A stretch of DNA of 64,000 nucleotides from Mobula hypostoma (Eukaryota): the NCBI RefSeq assembly GCF_963921235.1, contig NC_086097.1:29142001-29206000 (forward strand). The letters are read 5' to 3'. The notes beneath the pieces are model-generated. The model was not told where the DNA came from. It saw only the letters and a program-made list of their open reading frames with translations, and did no database searches. Every line of letters starts with the position of its first letter. Position 1 is the first letter of the stretch. Both the position numbers and the translations under genes were made by a program. This document shows positions 51,318 through 62,267 of this stretch, piece by piece.

Positions 51318-51960
51318 GGGGAGGGAGGAGAAGATGGCGGCGTGACGCAGCGCGTGTAGCCTCTCCGGTGAAATGATATCGTATTTGTAAGTAGGATGCC
51401 GTGCACAATTCTGATTTGTTGGAGACAGCCATGAGAGCACGGAGGAACATCTGGAGTAACTTCTGAAATGCCCGGTTCGCCGCTGCTACTACTGTGCGAT
51501 CAAGAATCTCTGGAGGGAAGGCCCCAAGATCCTCTGCTTTGCCTGCTGCTGGCAACCGGGGCTGGGGTCGAAGCGTTCGGCAGAGATGGTGCTCGGTGCT
51601 CGGTGTCGGAGGGCTGGTCGGAGCTCAAAGTTTTTGGACACCTCAGAGTCAGACTGTGGTCGGGTATAGGAGGGAGAGTTTTCTTCCTTCTCCCGTCTGC
51701 GTGAGATGTGGGACTTTCGAGAGACTTTGAACTTCTTTACTGTGCTCATGGCCTGTTCTTCATCAAGTTATGGTATTGCTTGCACTGTTGTAACTATATG
51801 TTATAATTATGTGGTTTTTGTCAGTTTTTCAGTCTTGGTCTGTCCTGTGTTTCTGTGATATCACACCGGAGGAATATTGTATCATTTCTTAATGCATGAG
51901 TTACTAAATGACAATAAAAGAGGATTGCGTGTCCTCATAATCTAATCTAATCTAATCTAA
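51318..51960 (+). mobile_element. Unclassified ~640-bp non-coding retroposon, copy B, nested in a CR1 3' fragment
   Basis: Starts gggagggaggagAAGATGGCGGC and ends aataaaa..cataa(tctaa)4; CR1 host at ~51180-51317 resumes at 51961. Confidence 0.9.
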
Positions 51961-52554
51961 GCAACCTCTACATTAAATACACCCTGTGACTTGGCCTCCA
52001 GGTCCATGTGTGACAATGAATTCCATCAGATTCTGTATAAAGAAATTCCTCCTCATCTCCATTCTAAATGGACTTCTCTCCATTCAGCTCTCGATGTAAC
52101 CCCATTTGAGAGGTGGCTAACTATAGTGAAGATGAACCAAGGTGTGGTGGGAACATGAGCAGGTCAGACAATGGCGTATAAGAGTAAAGTGGGACTACTC
52201 TGACCGTGCTGGAACACAGAACCTGAAGAGACTCCAGGATGGATTCAGCAAAATTACATCCGAGAAGCAGGAGGAATGGGCACTAGTTCAGGACTTAATG
52301 AGTTAAAACCATCAGGTATCGAACTGTAAACTCCAATCACATGAAATTGTGTGGATCATATACTTGCTCCTGGTTATAGACTCTGATATTAAATTTTATA
52401 CATATTAAATGATACACCCTTGCTCTGTTCTTGTTACACCTAATGAGGGTAATTATTCGGAGGCTTAACTGTAATTTTGCATTGATTTCTGAGTTCTTGG
52501 AAGCTTTTATTGGCAATAAGGGGATCTTTAATATTGTGGCGGTCCTTAATGCTG

Positions 52555-53330
52555 AAGATAGCGGCGGGTTGCAACCTGTGTCATGGCTCAGTTCTAGATG
52601 ATTTTTTTTTAGTGTTTTCTTTGGGGTTTGTGGGGTTTTGGGAGTAGCGGTGGAATTTAGGGGTTAGGTTCTGGTTTTAGGGAATTAGCGGTCATTCAAA
52701 GGACCGCAGACCAGGGTGGGATATCTGGCTGACAGACCTGAGTGGATGAAACCTGGTGGCTCCCCCAGTTTCCGGACTTGGAGTTCCGTGTGGGCAGGAG
52801 AACCAGGTCCGACGGCCCACTGGGTTTCTGAATCAGTGAGACTGGAATTCGAGACATAGTGTTTAGGGTGCTGTCATCGGCGAGCCTGGAGTTCAAGACC
52901 TTGTGTTTGGTGATCGGCGGGTGCTGGCATCCATGCTGGCGATCGGGGGCCGAGGTCCAAATCGGAATCCCAGAGTCGAGGCCCATTGGCCAGAGTCCTG
53001 GGTCTGTGAATCTCTCTGAGTCCACTGGGGTAGTCGAAGACCCAGAGTCTGCGTGCCCACGTCGAAGTCCGAGTCTGAGTCCGGGTCCGCTGGAAGCCCA
53101 GGAGCATGGACTGCCTTGGAGTTATGTGTGTGGGTGGGAGGGAGGAACGGGGGCTTGTTTTGTTGTTTGTCGTGCTCTGTGTTGTTCTGCTGAACGTGGT
53201 AGGCATGCTACCTTGGCACTGGAACATGTGGCGACACTTGCGGGCATGCCCTCGGATGTGTTGGCCGCTAACACAAAACGATCCATCTCACTGTATGCCT
53301 CGGTGTACACACGATAAATACGTTTAAATC
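52555..53330 (+). mobile_element. GC-rich non-tRNA-headed element ending in the SINE-type tail (5' boundary uncertain)
   Basis: 3' ~150 bp (gcatgcta..gtggcgacacttgcggg..catctcactgtatg) equals the SINE tail; the upstream body is partly shared with 27120-27425 and 4350-4570. Confidence 0.55.
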
Positions 53331-53889
53331 CAATAGTTATCCACAGTCAACCAAAAGTTTGTCGTTCTGCTTAGATGTGCGTTCCTATGGCAGCCCCCTC
53401 CTCTCTTCCACTGTACATTCCTGCAGCCCCCACTTAACCCCTTGACCTCTGCAGTTGCACCCTGCAGCTGAATGAAGATGGAACTAATTCTACATGGTGG
53501 AGATTTGCAGCAAGTTTAACCGTTGATTAAGAGTGACTCATACTGAAAGGTAGAAGGTTGAATTATTTTTTCTGGACTAAACTATGCAGTTAATTCCGTC
53601 ATGTCAACAGAGGGTATTAAAGATTATTAATTGGCAGATGCAGGTGGAGCAGTATCACAAAGGGCCCAGTGTCGATGTTTAATTTCAGTAACAAAGCCGT
53701 GGATCTGGGATATAAGCAGGGTATCATCTTAATGTGAATGTGTGGGGGTTTACGGAAGCGTGCCGGGGGGGGGGGTGGTTTTCAGGGGTCATCTGCTGGA
53801 TAGGGTCCTGTAGAGTCATACAGAAATGCGGCACACAAGCAGGCCCTGAGGCCTACCTTGTCCATGCTGACCCAGCCCACCACTGAGGG

Positions 53890-54715
53890 CAGCCTCAAGA
53901 AGGCAGCATCCATTACTAAGATCCCTCAGCACCCAGGGCATGCCCTCTTCTCATTACTACCATCAAGGAGGAGGTACAGGAGCCTGAAGGCACACTCTCA
54001 ATGACTTTGGTACAGCTTCTTCTCCTCAGCCATCAGATTCTTGAACAGTCACGAACCTATTAACACTACTTCATTATTCCTTTTTATCTGCACAATCTAG
54101 TTATTTTCTAATTTAGTGTAATTTTAGGTCTTTGCACAATATTCTGCTACGAAACAACAAATTTCACAATGTATAAATCAGTGATCATAAACCTGATTCC
54201 AATTCCTACTGAACCGTCAAGCCCATGTCCATTCTAATCCCACTTTATCTGCAGTACGGCAACTGCTCTGCTTAGGACTGAAGGAAACTGCAGAGAGTTG
54301 TGGATATCTCAGCACATCACAGAAACCAGCCTCCCCTCCATGGACTCTGCCTACGCTTCTCACTGTCTCGGTAAAGCAGCCAGCATTGCTAAAGACTCTA
54401 CCCACCCCGGCCACTCTCCCTTCTCTCCTTTCTCATCAGGCAGAAAATCTGAAAGTTGGAAAGCACGTACCACCCGGCTTAACAGCAGCTTCTATCCTAC
54501 TGGTATAAGACTATAAATAGTCCTCTTGTATGATAAGATGGTCTCCCAATCTACCTTGCTATCCACTTGAGCCTTATTGATTTCCTGCAGCCTGTAGCTG
54601 TTTTGCTTTGTACTGCTCTCTGTCATGGCTTTCCCTTGTACTACTACCCTGACGCACAGACGTGACGGAATGATGAGTCTGGACAGCAAGTAAAATAATG
54701 CACTTCACGGTGCTC
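53890..54715 (+). mobile_element. Two tandem Rex1-like 3' fragments
   Basis: KKAASI..DP.HPGHALFSLLPS..YRSLK; CLGKAASIAKDSTHPGHSPFSP..RTTRLNSSFYPTGIRL. Confidence 0.8.
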
Positions 54716-54729
54716 AGTAATCAACCAAT

Positions 54730-54934
54730 GACAAACAAGAGAGAATCTGCAGATGCCAGAAATCCAAGTAACACACGCAAAATGCTGGAGGAAGTCAGCA
54801 TCTGTGGAAAAGAGGAAACAGTCGACGGTTCGGGCTGAGACCCTTTGACAGTACTCTTGGCCCGAAGCATCGACTGTACTCTTTTCTGTAGATGCTGCCT
54901 GGCCTGCTGAGCTCCTCCAGCATTTTGTGTGTGT
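54730..54934. mobile_element. Fold-back Penelope-derived element with perfect 12-bp TSD
   Basis: aacacacgcaaaatgctggagga.. / ..ctcctccagcattttgtgtgtgtt inverted arms; TAATCAACCAAT at 54718-54729 and 54935-54946. Confidence 0.88.
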
Positions 54935-55339
54935 TAATCAACCAATTTATTATTTTACCAATTACGCCTTGACAATTCAAGTGTTTATCCAGATGCTTGG
55001 TAAAGGTCATGAAAATTTGCCTCCTCCCCCACTTCAGACAATGCATTCCAGATGGAACCACCCTCTGGGTGAGAAGAATTCCTCCTCATATCTCCTCTAA
55101 ATCTCTTCCTCGTCACTGTACGTCTATGGGGATAGGTTTGTTACTGTCCCATGTACTAAGATTTTCTCTTTGGAGCGGGGGAGGATGAGAAGAAACTTGA
55201 CAGAGTAACTTGTAGTAGATGATAAGAAGCATAGGTTGAAGTGGACAACCAGAGACTTTTTTCCCCAGGGTGGAAATGGCTAAAATGAAGGGGGCACAAT
55301 TTCAAGGTGATTGGGGGGGGATGTCAGAAGTAGGTTTTC

Positions 55340-56680
55340 CAGAATCAGAACCAGGTTTAATATCAACGGCATATGTCGTGAAATTTGTTGTTTTGTGCCG
55401 GCAGTACATTGCAATAGTTAATTAAAAAATACGAGTTACAATAAAAAATAATATATTAAATAAGTAGTGAAAAAAGAGCAAAGATGGAGAAAAAATATAC
55501 AATGAGGTCGTGTTCATGGGTTCATTGTCCCTTCAGAAATCAGACGGTGGAGGGGAAGAAGCTGTTCTTAAAACGCTTCAGGCCTCAGGCTCCTTGATGG
55601 TAGTAATGAGAAGAGGGCACGTCCTGGGCAATGGGTGTTGCTCGCGATGGATGCCACCTCCCTGAGGCTCTGCCTCCTTGAGGATGTCCTCAACGCTGGG
55701 GAGGCTGGTGCCCATGATGGAGCTGGCTGAGTTTGCAACTTTCTGCAGCTTTTTTCGATCCGTTGCACTGGCCCCTCCTTACGAGACAGTGATACAACCA
55801 CTTAGAATGCTCTCCACAGTACATCTGTAGGAACTTGCGAGAATGTTTGATGACTTACCAAGACTCCTCAATCCCCTAATGAAATATAGCCGCTGTCTTG
55901 CCTTCTTTCTGATTGCATCAATATGTTGGGCCCAGGATAGATCTTCAGAGATGTGGACACCCCTCAACCACCAGGCTCTTGAACAAAAGGGGATAATTAC
56001 ACTCACTTACCCCATCATTGAAATGTCCCACAACTAATGATCTCACTTTAAGAACTCTTTATCTTGTTATTTCATGCTCTTGGTATTTATTGCTATTTTA
56101 TTTATATTTACATTTGCACAGTTTGTTGTCTTCTGCACTCTGGCTGATCTTTCATTGATCCTGTTATAGTCACTATTCTATAGATTTGCTGAGTTTCCCC
56201 ACAGGAAAACCAATCTCAGGGTAGTATATGGCGATATACATGCACGTTGATAATAAATTTACTTTGAACTTTAAATTTTGAACACAGGCTTGGAACTGCT
56301 CACCTTTCCACTGCTGATTCCTGTATAAGGACTGATGCGTGTCGTCAACTTCCCCTTCCTGAAGTTCACAATCAATTCCTCGGTCGTACTGACGTTGGGT
56401 ACAAGTTTGTTGCTGCGATATCACTCAACCAGCTGATCTATCTCGCTCCTGCATGCCTCCTCGCACTATCTGAAATTCTGCCAGAAATAGTCGTGTCAAT
56501 GGAAAATTTATAGATGGCATTTGAACTGTGCCTAGCCACACTGTTGTGGGTGCACGAAGAGTAGAACAGTGGGCTAAGCACACATCCCTGAGGTGCACCA
56601 GTGTTGATAGTCGGCAAGGAGAAGATGTTATTTCCGACCTGCACTAACTGGTCTCCTGATGAGGAAGTCAAGGATCCAGT
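55340..56680 (-). mobile_element. Rex1/Babar-like LINE fragment split by an opposite-strand Rex1-like 3'UTR (~55963-56283)
   Basis: INTGAPQGCVLSPLFYS..IYKF..DTT; GVHISEDLSWAQHIDAIRKKARQRLYF..YRCTVESILSGCIT. Confidence 0.85.
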
Positions 56681-57299
56681 TGCAGAAGGAAGTACAGAGT
56701 TTTTACACAGAGTGAAATGCTCTGCCAGGAGTGGTGGTAGATGCAGTATATTAGGGACATTTAAGAGTCTCTTAGGTAGGTACACGGATGATAGAAAAAT
56801 GAAGGGCTACTTTGGAGGGAAGGGTTAGATTGATCTTAAAGTAGGTTAGAAGGTCGGAACGTGGTGGGCTGAAGGACCTGTACTGTTCTGTCTTCAAGCT
56901 ACTTCAAGGTTCACTGGGGTGGGATTTTACATTGAACTGAAGCTGTTCTCTCCAGGATCCAACCAAGTTCAGGATTCCGGCGGGAAAAGAGATGACCTGG
57001 ACTTGTCAGTCGCTCGGTAGGGTTTCCCAAACTCCACTCCAAAGCGGGACACCTTGTCTGACCGCAGAGTATAAAATGAGGGCAAGTCACTAGCACTGAA
57101 GCTGTGGCTTCTGCTGTCTAAACTCTCGATCTGGCGCAGGGACAGTCAAGTCAAGTCTATTGTCACGTGCAAAACTACAGCGGGGTACAAGTACTTGGTT
57201 GCAACAGCATCACGAGTACATAATTTCTGACAACACACAAACTATGAACTATACATAACTTATACAGGACTGAATTAAAAATGAGCATGTTTTTTTGTC

Positions 57300-57940
57300 A
57301 GCCCTCATCGAGGGGTCAGCAGTGGAAATGGTGAGCAGTTTCAAATTCCTGGGCATCAACGTCTCTGAAGGTCTATCCTGGGCCCAACACATCATTGCAA
57401 TTATAATGAAGGCAGTCCAGAGGATATATTCCATTGGGAGTTTGAAGCGATTTGGCACGTCACCAAAGACTCTAGCAAATTTCTACAGAATGCGCTGACT
57501 GGTTGCCTCATAATTCGCTATGGAGGAGCCACTGCACGGGATTGCAGATGGTTGTAAACTCGGCCAGGCCCATCACGGGCACTCGCCTCCCCACCACCGA
57601 GGACTTCAAAAGGCAATGCCTCTAAAAGGCAGCATCCATCACTAAGGACCCTCACCACCCAGGTCAGGCCCTCTTCTCATTACTACCATCAGGGAGGAGG
57701 CACAGAAGTCTGAAGACACTCACTCAGCATTTTAGGACAGCTTCTTCCCCTCTGCCGTCAGATTTCTGAACGGCCCGTGAACACTGCCTCACTATTCTGT
57801 TCTATTTTTGTAGTACTTATGTATTTTTTATATTTCTCACTGTAACTTGCATGATTTTTAATTGTACGGTTCTGCGGCCGCAAAACAAATTTCACAGCCC
57901 GTGTCAGTGACAAAAAACCATGTGCTGGTTCTGATTCTAA
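57300..57940 (+). mobile_element. Rex1-like 3' fragment
   Basis: VEMVSSFKFLGINVSEGLSWAQH..KTLANFYR; 3'UTR tail. Confidence 0.83.
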
Positions 57941-57949
57941 GTGATGGCG

Positions 57950-58320
57950 GTTCACAAGGATGTCGGACTGGAGGGGCTGAGCTATAAGGAGAGTCTGGGA
58001 CTATAAGGAGAGGCTGGGACTGTTTTTCCTCGAGCCTGGGAGGCCGAGGGTGACCTTATACAGGTTTATAAAGTCATGAGGGGTGTAGATAATCATGAGG
58101 GAGATAGTCACAGCCTTTGCCCCAGGGTAGGGCAGTCTAAAACTTGAGGACATAGCTTTAAGGAGAGGAGGACCTGACAGGCAACTTTATCACACAGAAA
58201 GAAGTGGGTATATGGGGCTTTCAGAGGAAGTGTTAGAGGTGGGTAGAATACCAATCTTTAAAGGACAGTTGGACAGGTACATGGGTAGGATAGGTTTAGA
58301 GGAATACGGGCCATGAGCAG
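57950..58320 (+). mobile_element. CR1 3' fragment
   Basis: ggttcacaaggatg..gagctataaggagag..ggtgaccttatacaggtttataaa; contains an internal duplication of ctataaggagag(t/g)ctgggact. Confidence 0.78.
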
Positions 58321-59509
58321 GGATTAGCAAATTAGTTTATTATTGTCACAAGTACCAAGTTACCATGAAAATCTTGTTTTTATGCCATCCATACAGATCA
58401 TTTGATCACAACAGTGCATTGTGGTAGTACAAGGGAAAACAGTATCAGAATGCCCAGTAAAGTGTTACAAAGAAAATGCAGAGCATGCAAACAGGACTAG
58501 CTCAGGTAGGCCACTTGGTTAGCATGAATGTGAAGGGCCGAAGGGCTCGGCTACCATCAAAGTGTCTCTCAGCTGTTTTGGGGATGGGGTTTGCTCTGAT
58601 GGGTATTATCCACACTTTCCTCCAACACCTTGGATCAGGACTTGCGTTTATTCTGTCGAGGTTTGTGAGTGATGCTGCCCACCATTTATTGTCCATCAAT
58701 AAACACTCTTCTGGTCACGATGGCACTGTGCTGCATTGTCGTGGCTCAGAATTACTTGTTTTTTAGGGTTCATGGGGATGGTTTTGGGGACAGAGTGGGG
58801 ACAGGTGAGGGTTTAGGGGTAGGGATGAGGGAGAGTTGGAGGTCAGAGGTAGTAAATGAAGAGTCGCGGGCAGGAGCCAATGCTTGGAGCCCTCCACGGT
58901 CGAAGGTCAGCGATCAGGTGGGCGGGAAAGGAGCTCTTGTTGGCATCACGTGTGTTCTTCTGCGGAGCATTGTGGGCATGCGAGACTAGCGTCAGAACGT
59001 GTGGTGATACTTGCAGGCTGCCCCCAGTACGTCCTTCACTTGTATTGGCTGGTGATGCAAACGAGGCATTCCTCTGTATGCTTTGATGGGCACGTGATAA
59101 AGGAACGCATGACAGAATGAATCTGAACCTGCCCCTGAACCCACTGTCTGTGATTGCTGAGAGGCACTGAATGCACAATGCTGCGAGGTCTGGAGTCGCA
59201 TACAGGCCGGACTGGGGAAGGAAAGGAGATGGCCCTCCCTCAAGGATAGCAGTGAACCAGATGGGTTTGGTTTCATGGTCCATCACTACTGAATCGAATA
59301 TTTTATTCCAGGTTTATTTAATTACCTGAATTTAAACTCAAACCCACGTCTTGCTTCTGCATCCCAGCACTGTAATTGTAACTGCCTCTGCCATTTCCTC
59401 TGGCAGCTCGTTCCATGCATCCAACACCGCCATCTGTGTGAAGGATTTGTCAATCATAGTCATACAGTTATAGAAAAACTACAGGTCAAACTTGGAGAAT
59501 TGGTCATGT

Positions 59510-59990
59510 ACCTAAAGGAAAGACATCGATAAGATTGAAAGAGTACAGGGAATATTTACAAGGATGCTACCAGGACTCGAGGACCTGAGTTATAGGGAAA
59601 GTCTTAATAGGCTAGGACATTATTCCCTGGAGCGTAGGAGAATGAGGGGAGATTTGATGGAGGTATACAAAATTATGAGGGGTTATAAATAGAATAAATG
59701 CAAGCAGGCTTTTTTCACTGAGGCTGGCTGACTAGAAATAGAGGTCATAGGTTAAGGGTGAAAGGTGGAATATTTAAGGGGAACCTGAGGGGGAATTCTT
59801 CACTCAGAGGGTGGTATGAGTGTAGAACGAGCGGCCAGTGGAAGAGGTGGATGTGGGTGTGATCGCAACATTTAAGATGTTTGGATGGGAGGGGAATGGA
59901 GAGCTGTGGCACTAGGCAGAGTAACAGTTTGGCACGGGTTAGATGGGCCGAAGGGCCTTTTCCTGAGCTGTAGTGCTTTATGACCCTTTG
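59510..59990 (+). mobile_element. CR1 3' fragment
   Basis: attgaaagagtacag..ctggagcgtaggagaatgaggggagatttgatggaggtatacaaaattatg..ttcttcactcagagggtggt. Confidence 0.82.
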
Positions 59991-60313
59991 AACATGACTC
60001 TACAGTTAAAATCCTTCAGATTTCTGAGTCAGTCTCCACTCCATTGTACCCTTCCATCCCAGTCAATCTCTCCTTCTCCCTTCTCCCACCTGGCAGAAGA
60101 CACAAAAGCCTGAATTAATGTACCACCCAGTTCAAGTTCGGCTTCTATCCCACTGCTAGTGAACGGATCTCCTATATGCTAAAAAGGTGAACCCTTGGTA
60201 CCTCCAACCTAGCCCGCCTCGCTGTGGCCCTGGCATTTTATTTGTCTGCCTCTGTGGCATCTTTTCCGTTAACTGTAACTCTATGTTCTGTTACAGTTGC
60301 ATATGCTCACTCT

Positions 60314-61520
60314 TTGAGTGTACGTTCAGGGTCTTCTGCTCTGTAGCCCACCACTTCAAGGTTCAATTTGCTGTGCATTCAGAGATACTGTTCTGCACAC
60401 CACTGTTGTAACACATGGTTATTTGAGTTACTGTTCCCTTGTCAGCTGGATCAGTCCGGCCATTCTCCTCTGACCTCTCTCAATAACAAGGCATTTTCAC
60501 CCACAGAACTGCCACTCACTGGAATTTTTTTTTGTTTCTTGCACTATTCTCTGTAAAAACTACAGAGACTGTTGTGTGTGGAAATCCCAGGAGATCAGCA
60601 GTTTCTGAGATACTCAAACCACGCCGTCTGGCATCAACAATCATTCCACGGTCAAAGTCACTCAGATCACATTTCTTCCCCATTCTGATGTTTGGTCTGA
60701 ACAACAACTGAACCTCTTAACCATGTCTGCATGCTTTTATACATCGAGTTGCTGCCACGTGATTGGCTGATTAGATATTTGCACTAACGAACAGCAGTAC
60801 AAATGTGCTTAAGGGAGGAGAAGATGGCGGCGCGACGCAGTGCGTGCGGCCTCTCCTGTGATGAATATCTGTAATCTGTCAAGTAGGAGGCCGTGCACAA
60901 TTCTGATTTGATGGAGACGGACATGCGAGCACGGAGGAACATCTGGTGAAACTTCTGAAATGCCTGTTTCGCTGCCACTGCTACTGTGTAATCCGAAATC
61001 TCCAGAGGGGAAGGCCCCAAATCCTCGGCTTTGCCTGTTGCTTGGCGGCCGGGGCAGGGGTCGAAGCGCTAGGCAGAGATGGTGCTTGGTGCTCGGTGTC
61101 AGAGGGCTGGTCGGAGGCTTGAAGTTTTCGGACGGACTCAGAGTTGGACTGTGGTCGGGTGCTTCCAGGATGCTGCATCGGCAAGTTTGCGGCGCTGGAA
61201 GCTCACGGCAGGGAGAGTTTCTCCCTTCTACTGTCTGCGTGAGATGATGAGGCTATCGGGACTTTGAGACTTTTTTTTTACCGTGCCCATGGTCTGCTCT
61301 TTATCAAATTATGGTATTACTTTGCACTGTTGTAACTATATGTTATAATTATGTGGTTTTTGTCAGTTTTAGTCTTGGTCTGTCTTGTGTTTCTGTGATA
61401 TCATACTGGAGGAACATTGTATCATTTTTTAATGCATGCATTACTAAATGACAATAAACGAGGACTGAGTGTCCTCATAATCTAATCTAATCTAATCTAA
61501 TAAAGTTGCCACAGAGTGTA
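60314..61520 (-). mobile_element. Deleted Tc1-like DNA transposon (N-terminal HTH region only), terminus split by retroposon copy C
   Basis: ORF 60516-60707 MGKKCDLSDFDRGMIVDARRRGLSISETADLLGFPHTTVS is a Tc1-type paired-like HTH; homology continues frameshifted to ~60330; terminal taaagttgccacagagtgTA at 61501-61520. Confidence 0.85.
60813..61500 (+). mobile_element. Unclassified ~690-bp non-coding retroposon, copy C
   Basis: gggaggagAAGATGGCGGC start, (tctaa)4 tail, collinear with copies A and B plus a ~45-bp extra segment. Confidence 0.9.
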
Positions 61521-61554
61521 GGTCTTGCAACCTGGTTTCCTTCAGTACTGCGTC

Positions 61555-61855
61555 CGTGTGGCACCGATCTGAGCTGTGACACTATTACAGCACCAGCAAC
61601 CCGGAGTCAATGCTGCTGCTGTCTAGTGGGGCTTGTTCGTTCTCCCTGTGACCACATGGGTTTCCTGCGGGTACTCCGGTTCACCCTCATGTTCCAGAGA
61701 CATAGGGGTCAGGGTTAGCAAGCTCTGGGCATGCCGTCTCGGTGACGGAAGCACGGTGACGTTCCGGGGCTGCTCCCCCTGCACACCCTCAGACCGTGAT
61801 GGCCAAGCAACAGATTTCAACAGATGGATATATGATGAATAAAGCTAATCTTTAC
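61555..61855 (+). mobile_element. Diverged tRNA-derived SINE
   Basis: Head, core (cgttctccctgtgaccacatgggtttcc) and tail aataaagctaatcttt. Confidence 0.72.
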
Positions 61856-62267
61856 AAACAGAATCTTTTCACCGTATCTCAGTTTGCATAACAATAATAA
61901 ACCAATTCTATCAATTGTACCAATTCTTTTCAGTCTTGGGTGAAAACCTGTCAGTAAGATAAACAGAAGTGGACATGGAATCCCTGAGGCGTTGTCCAAA
62001 AGTACACCACAGGACCTTTGGACTGCAAGCCAATTTCTTTTGACCTCGACTGTTTCTTTCCCAGTCAGACCATAATTATTGTAATAATTATTCTTTCCAT
62101 CACTTAAGTCAACGGGGAAGCAATTAGCAACCAGATTGCTGTTCTGAACTGATGCTTGCCAGGTTAGACTTGACATCCCGTTAATGGTCAGGACGGTTCA
62201 CGGTCAGTCTGCTCACAGCTTCCCTGGGCATGGGGCTTGTCAGGACTCGGACGTTAAACACAGGACG

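Noticed and set aside
56956..57080. Exon-like segment (tctctccag..CG/gtaggg) and a nearby TATAAAA
   Set aside because: No recognisable protein or supporting gene structure.
61817..62176. 119-aa minus-strand ORF in mostly unique DNA
   Set aside because: No recognisable domain; its 3' end runs into repeat tails; no clear splice context.
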